11,435 bases of DNA from Bdellovibrionales bacterium (GTDB lineage Bacteria > Bdellovibrionota > Bdellovibrionia > Bdellovibrionales > JAMPXM01), in contig JAYUEN010000405.1 of the NCBI GenBank assembly GCA_043739185.1, forward strand, positions 1 to 11,435, in the 5' to 3' direction. Numbering within the stretch: position 1 is the first letter of the stretch; each line of letters begins with the position of its first letter. Below the pieces are notes generated by a model. That model did no database searches. It saw only the letters and a list, made by a program, of their open reading frames with translations, and had not been told where the DNA came from. Below, piece after piece: positions 1 through 7,412 of the stretch. A program made the translations under genes and the position numbers.

Positions 1-1594
1 GAGTCGCAAGAACATGCTGAGAAGTCATACTCAACTCATCAACCCCCATCCCGATAAACAATGGGACCAAAAGTTCAGAGTGAGCCAGCGAACCACAAAT
101 TCCCGAGTGAAGTTTTGCTTTGAAGGCAGAACCTAGGATCTGATTCATCACGCGCAAAAACCCAGGATTGAAAGGATCATAGAGTGCTTCAACCTTGTCG
201 TTAAGGCGATCTACCGCGCACACGTACTGAGTCAGATCATTTGTGCCAATACTGATGAAGTCAACGTGACGTGCAATGAGATCAACCATCATGGCAGCAC
301 TTGGAACTTCGATCATGACTCCAAATTCGTAGTCCTGTGAAAACGCAAGTTTGTCTTTCTCAAGCTCTTTTTTACACTCCTCGAGAATTGCTTTCGTCTG
401 AAGAATCTCCTCAATATTTGAAATCATCGGAACCATGATTCCAACTGAATGGCCAACGGCCGCTCGCAAAATTGATTTGAGTTGGTCTTTAAATATTCCC
501 CGCTCTTCAAGACAAAGGCGCACGCCCCGAAGTCCCAAGAAGGGATTCATCTCACTTGGTACGGACAGGCCTTCAAGCTTTTTGTCTCCACCAATATCAA
601 GCGTCCGAATAATACAGTGACGTGTGCCTAACTCTTCGAATACTTGGCGATAAATCTTATACTGCTCTTCAGAAGTCGGGATGCGATTGTGATTTAAAAA
701 AACAAATTCGGTTCGATAAAGGCCAACGGCCTCAGCATCATTTTCAATGAGCGATGGAATATCGAGCGGCCCCCCAATATTTGCACCCAAGCGAATCACC
801 CGCTTGTCTTTGGTTTCCGATTTCACACCTTTAAACTGCAACAGATCTTTTTTTGATCGGCCTAACTCGAGTTTTTTCTCTTCAAAAGCTTCGCGCTTAG
901 TACTGTTTGGCTCAATCGTAATATCACCCGCCATTGCGTCAACCAAAACAAGCATGCCGTCTTGAACTTGGTTTAAAATTCCTCGAGCGCCAGCCAGTGC
1001 CGGAATCTCAAGTGCCCGTGCAATAATTGCTGTATGTGAAGTTTTACCGCCCATCTCGGTGATAATTCCATTCACAAGCTTGGGATCAAGCATCGCCATT
1101 TGTGAAGGCGTAATGTCTTCAGCAACTAAAATGCTGTCCTTCGGAATTCCTCTGAAATCAAAACCTTTTTGGCCCATTAAATGCGCGAGCACGCGTGAAG
1201 CGATGTCTTGTACATCTGTTGCTCTAGCTCTCAAGTATTCATCTTCTAATTCAGCCAGTGCTTTCGCATAGGCATCGCTAGTCTCTTTATAAGCCCAAGC
1301 TGCGGACATCTTTTTCTCACGAATCAAAACGACAGTTTTATCAATGACGTCAGGATCCTCAATCATCATCATATGAGCTTCGAAAATTTCGGCCTGATCT
1401 GCTTGGCCAGAAAATTGAAATCGCGAAACGATTTCTTTCATTTCATCCACAGATTTTTGCACAGCCATCATCAACTTTTGAACTTCGGCGTCCGAGTTAC
1501 CGGCATCACGTGGAACGTGATCAAGGCCCATCTGTTCAGGTATTTTCTGAACTCTTCCGATCGCAAGTCCTGGAGACACGGCAATGGCTTTCAT
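1..1594 (-). CDS. ptsI: PTS Enzyme I (phosphoenolpyruvate-protein phosphotransferase), 3'-truncated by the window edge
   Basis: Not in the ORF track because it has no stop in the window. Manual translation from ATG at 1594 gives MKAIAVSPGLAIG...AEIFEAHMMMIEDP...EYLRARATDVQD...GGKTSHTAIIARALEIPA (phospho-His codon 1034-1036)...VGLYRTEFVF...RTLDIGGDK...EMNPFLGLRGVR...MIEVPSAA...DFISIGTNDLTQY...GICG (Cys codon 95-97). Starts 6 nt after the HPr stop. Confidence 0.97.
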   Translation of the reverse strand, partial: MKAIAVSPGLAIGRVQKIPEQMGLDHVPRDAGNSDAEVQKLMMAVQKSVDEMKEIVSRFQFSGQADQAEIFEAHMMMIEDPDVIDKTVVLIREKKMSAAWAYKETSDAYAKALAELEDEYLRARATDVQDIASRVLAHLMGQKGFDFRGIPKDSILVAEDITPSQMAMLDPKLVNGIITEMGGKTSHTAIIARALEIPALAGARGILNQVQDGMLVLVDAMAGDITIEPNSTKREAFEEKKLELGRSKKDLLQFKGVKSETKDKRVIRLGANIGGPLDIPSLIENDAEAVGLYRTEFVFLNHNRIPTSEEQYKIYRQVFEELGTRHCIIRTLDIGGDKKLEGLSVPSEMNPFLGLRGVRLCLEERGIFKDQLKSILRAAVGHSVGIMVPMISNIEEILQTKAILEECKKELEKDKLAFSQDYEFGVMIEVPSAAMMVDLIARHVDFISIGTNDLTQYVCAVDRLNDKVEALYDPFNPGFLRVMNQILGSAFKAKLHSGICGSLAHSELLVPLFIGMGVDELSMTSQHVLAT

Positions 1595-1600
1595 ATTTGA

Positions 1601-1861
1601 TTAAACCTGAAACTTATTTTGAACGATTTCAGCCACGCTCTTAAGCGCGAGCTCGGCATCAGCACCTTCTGCTTTAACTGTAAACTCAGCATTTGCAGTC
1701 AAACCCAGAGACATAATGCTTAAAAGTGACTTTGCATTGGCGGACTTGCCATTATAGCTTAGCTCGATTTTAGATTGAAATTGGCCCACGCGTTTTACTA
1801 AAACACCAGCGGGACGAGCGTGCATACCTTCTTCATTCAACAATTTTAATTTTACTTCCAT
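1601..1861 (-). CDS. ptsH: Phosphocarrier protein HPr
   Basis: 86 aa; GMHARPA (His15 motif) and NAKSLLSIMSLG (Ser46 motif); AGGAGA Shine-Dalgarno upstream; lies between EIICBA and EI. Confidence 0.97.
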   Translation of the reverse strand: MEVKLKLLNEEGMHARPAGVLVKRVGQFQSKIELSYNGKSANAKSLLSIMSLGLTANAEFTVKAEGADAELALKSVAEIVQNKFQV

Positions 1862-1879
1862 GCTTTTAAGTCTCCTGCC

Positions 1880-3769
1880 CTAGTTAAATTCAATCTCTAA
1901 AACTTCTTGCTTCGACGTCACAACACCGGTTTGAAGTGATTTTAAACTTTTAACGGCATCCATATTTGTAATCACAATCGGAGTAATCGTGGACTTTGCC
2001 TTCGCTTTCACGAGACTTAGGTCAAACTGAACAAGTAAATCTCCCGCGCTCACTTTGTCGCCCACTTTAACCGGAGACGAAAAACTTTCACCCTTCATAT
2101 TAACCGTATCAATGCCAACGTGAACTAAAACTTCTAATTGATCGACCGTCATAATTCCGATGGCATGTTTCGTTGGAAACACGGTCGTGATCTCACCCGA
2201 ACAAGGTGAGTAGATCTTTCCTTCAGAAGGATCGATCGCAAAACCATCACCCAAAATTTTATCTGCAAAAGTTTGATCTGGAACCTCAGTGATACTCATC
2301 ACTCGGCCATTGCCGGCACTCAAAAAGCGCGTTTGTCTCATGCAAACTCGAATTTCTTCTTTTAAGAAGTCAGATTCGACACCAAAAATAGCCTGAATAT
2401 TTTTTCCGGATTGCATGACACCAGCTGCACCCAAAGCTTTCAAACGATCACCACTAACTAAGCTTGCATCCTTCACGATGACCCGAAGTCTTGTGATACA
2501 AGCATCGAGATTTGCGATGTTCGTTCGTCCACCAAGAGCTGCAAGTACGTTCTTCGCCAAATCAGAACCCTTAGGTTTTGAAGCGCTTGAAGCCTGGGGC
2601 GCATCCGCTTTTTCAATTTCGCGACCCGGAGTTTGAAAATTAAAAAATCGAATCAAAGCGTAGAAACTTCCGAAATAAAGAAGCGCGATACCGGGTCCGA
2701 TAAATAAAAATAAATCTTGGCTATTTTTCTGATTAAAATAACCGAGAACAAAATCGATTAAGGATGCAGAGAAAGTGTAGCCCAGGTGAATATCAAAGTG
2801 CGCGGTCAACAAACCCGATAAAAATGCAAAGCAAACATGGAGTACGTACAAGAGTGGCGCAACAAAAATAAATGCGAATTCAATTGGCTCGGTAATGCCA
2901 GTAATAATCGAGGTCAGGGCAGCCGAAAGCATGACCCCACCGATTGCAGCTCTTTTCGCTTTAGGTGCGGCCAAGAACATGGCGAATGCAGCTGCTGGAA
3001 GCCCAAATAACATAATCGGAAATTCAGATGCCATCATGCGACCCGCAGTTGGATCTCCTGCAAAATATCTTGCAGAGTCGCCCTTCACCACTTGTCCGGC
3101 ACTTGTGACGAATTGGCCAAACTCATACAAAAACGACGGATAGTAAACGTGATGGAGGCCCACCGGTATCAGCAAACGTTTGCCCGCAGCATAGAACGCG
3201 GGACCAAATGCAGAGTCATTCACGGAATTTCCAAAATCATAAATCATTTTTTGAATGGGCGGCCAAGTATAACCCAGTATAAGAGCCAAAACAAAAGTCG
3301 CAGCGACGGTCATGATAGGGACAAAACGTTTTCCAGAAAAGAATCCGAGAACCTGCGGGAGCTTCACATTTTGATAGCGATTGTAAATTTGAGCTGCCAA
3401 GAGTCCAATGATGATACCGCCAAACACACCCGTATTAATTGCTAGAGTGAGTTTCTCGCTGTCGCTGACAATTTTTAAAATATTAATCAGTGTAAAGTAA
3501 CCGACTGCAGCGGCAAGGCCCGCAATTCCTGCGCCGCCAGTAAACCCAATGGCCACACCGATCGCAAAGATGAGAGGGAGCTGTTCAAAAATCGCCAAGC
3601 CGCCCGAGAACAGGACCTGGCCTATGAATGCAGTATTCTTGTCGAAATCTTTTAGAATTCGACCAAGAGCAACGAGTAGTCCCGCCGCCGGTAAAACCGA
3701 AACTGGAATCATGAGAGCTTGACCAATTTTTTGCAAGGTCGAGAGAAATTGGTTGAGTTTTGCTTTCAC
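1880..3769 (-). CDS. ptsG: Glucose-family PTS transporter, fused EIICBA
   Basis: EIIC motifs LQKIGQALMIPVSVLPAAGLL, FFSGKRFVPI, RLLIPVGLHH, GITEPIEF; EIIB NLDACITRLRV (phospho-Cys); EIIA GDGFAI, FPTKHAIG, VLVHVGIDTV (phospho-His). GTG start. The family is certain; glucose specificity is inferred from similarity and the adjacent glucoamylase. Confidence 0.9.
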   Translation of the reverse strand: MKAKLNQFLSTLQKIGQALMIPVSVLPAAGLLVALGRILKDFDKNTAFIGQVLFSGGLAIFEQLPLIFAIGVAIGFTGGAGIAGLAAAVGYFTLINILKIVSDSEKLTLAINTGVFGGIIIGLLAAQIYNRYQNVKLPQVLGFFSGKRFVPIMTVAATFVLALILGYTWPPIQKMIYDFGNSVNDSAFGPAFYAAGKRLLIPVGLHHVYYPSFLYEFGQFVTSAGQVVKGDSARYFAGDPTAGRMMASEFPIMLFGLPAAAFAMFLAAPKAKRAAIGGVMLSAALTSIITGITEPIEFAFIFVAPLLYVLHVCFAFLSGLLTAHFDIHLGYTFSASLIDFVLGYFNQKNSQDLFLFIGPGIALLYFGSFYALIRFFNFQTPGREIEKADAPQASSASKPKGSDLAKNVLAALGGRTNIANLDACITRLRVIVKDASLVSGDRLKALGAAGVMQSGKNIQAIFGVESDFLKEEIRVCMRQTRFLSAGNGRVMSITEVPDQTFADKILGDGFAIDPSEGKIYSPCSGEITTVFPTKHAIGIMTVDQLEVLVHVGIDTVNMKGESFSSPVKVGDKVSAGDLLVQFDLSLVKAKAKSTITPIVITNMDAVKSLKSLQTGVVTSKQEVLEIEFN

Positions 3770-3797
3770 GTTTATACCCCAAACTAATTTTTACGAA

Positions 3798-5339
3798 TTA
3801 TAATTGCCCACGAACAAATGTTCGCCAGAGCATTGCGGACAAATAGCTCGCGTGGCTCCATGTAAGATTAACCGCGCCTTGCATGAATCCATTACCACGA
3901 TTAATTTGCTCTGAAAGCGAACCATCTGAGCCTCGATGAAGGATTGTCACTTCGAGCTCACGATCTCCTTCTAGCACCAAAGTCTGCACCATCTTTTGTA
4001 GAATTGGATCATTCATGGTAATCACTTGGCCTAATTTAAAAATTGTCTGACCTTGCATGAGAGAATTGTAAAAACGAATATTCACAGGATTAATTTGAAC
4101 CTGCCTAACCTGCGCGAGGTGCAAAGCCGTTCGGTAGTAAACTTCGGCAGCTGATTGGCTTCCAATAAACCATGCATTGCCAATTCCATTCGTCGATACT
4201 CCGTCGTAAGTATCTTCAGGATAGCGACCAATTGCTATCCCAGCATTTGGATCTCTATTAATCGGATATTCCTTTTGAAAAGTTTCTTTTAAAACTTGGA
4301 GAGTCGCGAGAATGCGATCATCGTAAGGCGCATAAAAACCATCGCCTACGTCACCGTAAAGTGCCGCGAGCAAAACAGATGAGTCGAGTAAAGAGACTTT
4401 GCGAGGGCCACTTTGAACATTCAAGCTCGTGACTGTGTAGTTCGCATTTTGGCTCCAAAAACCCTGGAGAGCTTGAGCCATAAGTTGAGCCTGCTGTGCG
4501 TAGAACTGAGACGCACCCGAATCACCAAATTTTTGTGCTAGACGAGCTCCTTCAATCATTGCGCGGCGCTGAGCCATCAGAGTAAAAAAGTGCGCTCCAA
4601 AAGCTTCTTCCCATAAATCAAAGCTTGCTTGATTCCAATGATGAGCGACGTACTCAAGATCAGTTTTAATCAAACTTTGAGTTGGTAATTTTGAATCGTA
4701 TAGGCGAGAAACAATTTGATCGCGATTTGGCCAGTTCTCTTTCACAACTGAATTAAGAAAATAAATAAAGCTAATAGCACGAAGTGCTGGACCATCCGTC
4801 TGTGGTCGTCCCCATGGGCCCTGAAATGCAGTTCCATCATAATTAAATTTAGGTTCGCCGTCTCCAGCCATCAAATTTGGAATGGCCTGAAAACTCAAGT
4901 TGAGTGACATATGAGCGAGCATCCAGCTTTGCAAAGACGCACGTGGAGCACCTGCCTCACGTAAATAAAAACTTTGAACTTGCATGAAGCTAATCGCCGC
5001 ATCTCGAATCCAGTGATAAAAATAATTTGGAGCTGTACGACTTGGAGAAGCAACCACCACTCCCGAATGAATTCCAGGAAGATTCAAATTCTGCATTAGA
5101 AAATTTTCAGATTTGATTTTCTGATCTTCAAAAGCGTTATCATCAAAAGCGCGACGCTGAGTTGTCGTTCGAGCCGGATTTGCATTTGGATGAACAATAC
5201 GCAAATCGGGGGGAGGCGGCAATGGAGCATGTGGCGCCACAGGACCCTGTTTCGCAAAAAGGCTAGCCGACCCCAAAATTATGAAGGCGGAAAAAAGTAT
5301 AAAGACGAGCCTGAATTTTTGAGATGCGAACTTTTTCAT
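3798..5339 (-). CDS. Secreted glucoamylase (glucan 1,4-alpha-glucosidase), GH15, eukaryote/fungal-like
   Basis: GH15 motifs VVASPS..PNYFYHWIRDAA, GEPKFNYDG..F.GPWGRPQTDGPALRA, DLWEE (catalytic acid), IGRYPEDTYDG..GNAWF, LSEQ (catalytic base), LTWSHAS. Start moved from 5357 to ATG 5339, which has a GGGAGAG SD and yields a signal peptide MKKFASQKFRLVFILFSAFIILGSASLFA followed by a Pro-rich segment. Confidence 0.92.
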   Translation of the reverse strand: MKKFASQKFRLVFILFSAFIILGSASLFAKQGPVAPHAPLPPPPDLRIVHPNANPARTTTQRRAFDDNAFEDQKIKSENFLMQNLNLPGIHSGVVVASPSRTAPNYFYHWIRDAAISFMQVQSFYLREAGAPRASLQSWMLAHMSLNLSFQAIPNLMAGDGEPKFNYDGTAFQGPWGRPQTDGPALRAISFIYFLNSVVKENWPNRDQIVSRLYDSKLPTQSLIKTDLEYVAHHWNQASFDLWEEAFGAHFFTLMAQRRAMIEGARLAQKFGDSGASQFYAQQAQLMAQALQGFWSQNANYTVTSLNVQSGPRKVSLLDSSVLLAALYGDVGDGFYAPYDDRILATLQVLKETFQKEYPINRDPNAGIAIGRYPEDTYDGVSTNGIGNAWFIGSQSAAEVYYRTALHLAQVRQVQINPVNIRFYNSLMQGQTIFKLGQVITMNDPILQKMVQTLVLEGDRELEVTILHRGSDGSLSEQINRGNGFMQGAVNLTWSHASYLSAMLWRTFVRGQL

Positions 5340-5343
5340 GATT

Positions 5344-5383
5344 CTCTCCCTGCACAAATTGTTAATTTCGAGCGCAGGGAAAA
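5344..5383 (-). promoter_or_regulatory. Leader hairpin occluding the Shine-Dalgarno of the glucoamylase-PTS operon
   Basis: The mRNA reads UUUUCCCUGCGC-ucg-AAAUU-aac-AAUUU-GUGCAGGGAGAG-aauc-AUG: a 12-bp outer stem (3 G-U pairs) and a 5-bp inner stem. The 3' arm is the SD. Confidence 0.6.
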
Positions 5384-5456
5384 GTATTACGAAAGGCCTT
5401 TATAAGCTAGCAGAATTACACATTGGTAGGGCTTTTTTCGCGCTATAAAGATTGGG

Positions 5457-5497
5457 AAAAAAGACGGGAGGCCTCTCGGCAAGGCCTGAGCGCCTCC
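5457..5497 (-). terminator. Probable intrinsic terminator of the 5511-5972 gene
   Basis: The minus strand reads GGAGGCG-ctc-AGGCCT-tgccgag-AGGCCT-cc-CGTC-TTTTTT: a GC-rich stem followed by six T, beginning 13 nt after the stop codon. Confidence 0.65.
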
Positions 5498-5510
5498 AAC
5501 TCATGAAATC

Positions 5511-5972
5511 TTAGTATGAAGAGGTAATCTTGCCCGCAGTGCCACCAAGATCCCGAGACATGACCCGGATCACGCCATGAACCATATCGACCTCAACTCC
5601 TACGCTGACACTGATTTTCGTGTGATCAAATTTCATCAAAAAATAAGAAATATTTTCAGACTTCATTGCGCAAGTATCTGTCACAAAATCAATTAGAGTC
5701 GAAGTTTTTGTATCCATCACATAAACTTCTCCGCCTATTGTCAATTGAGCTGCGGGTCCATTATAGAGGTAAGTCGCCTCACTGCCACAAGTTTGACCTT
5801 TCTCCAGATTAAACTGATTCAATTTAATCTCAGACAGCTGCCCTGAAAGAATTGGACCGCCAACACCTGAGAGTAAGTTAAATGTTTTTGGCATTCCAGG
5901 ATCTGCTTTTGAAATTTGACCGATGCTTGAGATCACTCCAGCCACCAAAAGACCTAAAAACAAATTTTTCAT
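5511..5972 (-). CDS. Hypothetical secreted protein (~153 aa)
   Basis: ATG at 5972 has a GAGGGG SD and gives a signal peptide MKNLFLGLLVAGVISSIGQISKA. The mature part is beta-rich with two Cys. No family recognised. The track start at 6023 is probably too far upstream. Confidence 0.7.
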   Translation of the reverse strand: MKNLFLGLLVAGVISSIGQISKADPGMPKTFNLLSGVGGPILSGQLSEIKLNQFNLEKGQTCGSEATYLYNGPAAQLTIGGEVYVMDTKTSTLIDFVTDTCAMKSENISYFLMKFDHTKISVSVGVEVDMVHGVIRVMSRDLGGTAGKITSSY

Positions 5973-6162
5973 AAGACGTATACCCCTCGGGTTGAGATTG
6001 ATAAAAGCTCTTGCTGACGCCAAAAACTTAACAACTCATTTTCTTCGTGTCAAAGCTGCATCCTTGTGTGCGGTGCGTGAGGGGGAACGCTGACTGCCAG
6101 CTAAAGGCAGCCGTCCCCGGTTGGCAGTTTTTCAATCTCAGTTTCGGTTTTTGAGGGGCTGG

Positions 6163-6241
6163 AAACTGATATCGGATAACTGACACTGAAACTGCCAGAC
6201 AGGTGACTGCCGGGCGCTGCCCGAAAACTGAAATTCCCTGT
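6163..6241. repeat. Dispersed ~79-bp repeat, copy A
   Basis: Manual alignment to 9869-9946 gives 59/79 identities with one 1-nt gap (31/37 in the first block, 22/27 in the last). Confidence 0.85.
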
Positions 6242-6371
6242 CCAATGGGTTGACATCGCCCAAACAAAATTTGGCGAGCCGCAATTCCAATCCAACGGCA
6301 AGCAATCAGACCTACTTCAAGCTCTCGTTTTTCTTTGATTTCAGGCCTGGCTTTTGCTCCATCTTAAAGAC

Positions 6372-6380
6372 TGTGGATAA
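6372..6380 (-). promoter_or_regulatory. Consensus DnaA-box sequence (TTATCCACA)
   Basis: TGTGGATAA on the plus strand, 15 nt upstream of the 6396 ORF. The match is exact; function is unproven. Confidence 0.35.
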
Positions 6381-6395
6381 TACGTGTAATCTCCG

Positions 6396-7376
6396 ATGAC
6401 CCCAAAAGGTTTAAAAATGCTTTGCTCAATACTTAGAAAAAATGGGATTTCATTGTTGGCTCAGAGCTCGGCTTTGGCCCTTGTTGTCGCGTTTTTTTCA
6501 TCCCCTTTATTGGCTGAAACGACAACCTCAAGTGCTTTTGCAAATTCAAAAACTCAGGCTGTAACTCCACAAAAGAGTTTTTTATCAGATTTTGATTTAT
6601 CGATCATCAACCGCTATTGGCTTGCACCTGAAAGCCAAAACAATGTCCTCTCAAATGAACTTGCGCTTCACTACAGTTTGAATGATAGCTTTTCTATCGG
6701 CGTCTCCGCTGAGTACGACCAAATGACCTCAGTTCAAAACGCTGAAGGAAGTGACTTTCAGGATACGGATGTTTCGATTAACTATTACTATTCTCCGTCA
6801 AGCGCCGCGAAACAAAGCGTCAGCTGGGACATGGGTGCGAGCCTTATGGCTTCAGTACCGACTTCGCGAAGTTCTCAAAATCAAAATGAATACGGCGGCG
6901 GCGCTGTAAAAGGATTTTTTGACGTCATCGGAAAGCAGTTTGTTTTCACCGTCTCAAGCCGCTTCTACGAATACTTTTACGAAAATTCTTATATTCCTTC
7001 AACGACTCCTAATGGTGCCGCAAAAAGTGAACCAGACAACCAGCCAGATGTTCCTCCTACTTTTGTCACATCACCACTTACGATCACGCCACAGTTGATC
7101 GCGAACTGCAACTCTTACAGCGATAGTTCATTTATCTCGCTACTCAGAGCAACACCAAGTTTTATGTTGCGCAATGAGGTTCGCTTTGAGTCCCTCGGAT
7201 ACTTTGACAATCACAACTCAAACACTTTTCATGATAAGTACGGCATTGGATACAAATTTGATCCCGAATTCGTTCTGTGGGTATCTCAGGATGCCAATAA
7301 AAACACCGACCTCGGTGGATCTATCTTTGACAGCAAGTACATCACGACAATTGTCAGTATTTACTGGAAAATCTAA
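6396..7376 (+). CDS. Exported protein, probable outer-membrane beta-barrel
   Basis: Signal-like segment ALALVVAFFSSPLLA; many alternating aromatic/hydrophobic strands (NELALHYSL, FSIGVSAEY, WDMGASLMASVP, KYGIGYKF); C-terminal strand IVSIYWKI; Pro-rich loop. Start may be 6396 or 6417. Confidence 0.6.
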   Translation: MTPKGLKMLCSILRKNGISLLAQSSALALVVAFFSSPLLAETTTSSAFANSKTQAVTPQKSFLSDFDLSIINRYWLAPESQNNVLSNELALHYSLNDSFSIGVSAEYDQMTSVQNAEGSDFQDTDVSINYYYSPSSAAKQSVSWDMGASLMASVPTSRSSQNQNEYGGGAVKGFFDVIGKQFVFTVSSRFYEYFYENSYIPSTTPNGAAKSEPDNQPDVPPTFVTSPLTITPQLIANCNSYSDSSFISLLRATPSFMLRNEVRFESLGYFDNHNSNTFHDKYGIGYKFDPEFVLWVSQDANKNTDLGGSIFDSKYITTIVSIYWKI

Positions 7377-7412
7377 ATAGACAGCCGCCGAATCTCGGGT
7401 CAAAGTATTCAG

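Noticed and set aside
451..731. 11-bp direct repeat GGCCAACGGCC at 451 and 721
   Set aside because: Inside ptsI, encoding Ala-Val-Gly twice; consistent with chance.
435..1600. Plus-strand ORFs 435-620, 747-965, 1059-1271 and 1373-1600
   Set aside because: Antisense shadows of ptsI, which occupies the minus strand.
2415..5405. Short ORFs 2415-2636, 2895-3143, 3092-3445, 3585-3782 and 5190-5405
   Set aside because: They overlap well-supported ptsG or glucoamylase genes and show no recognisable motifs.
6250..6280. Perfect TTGACA -35 hexamer
   Set aside because: No plausible -10 hexamer at 16-18 nt spacing.
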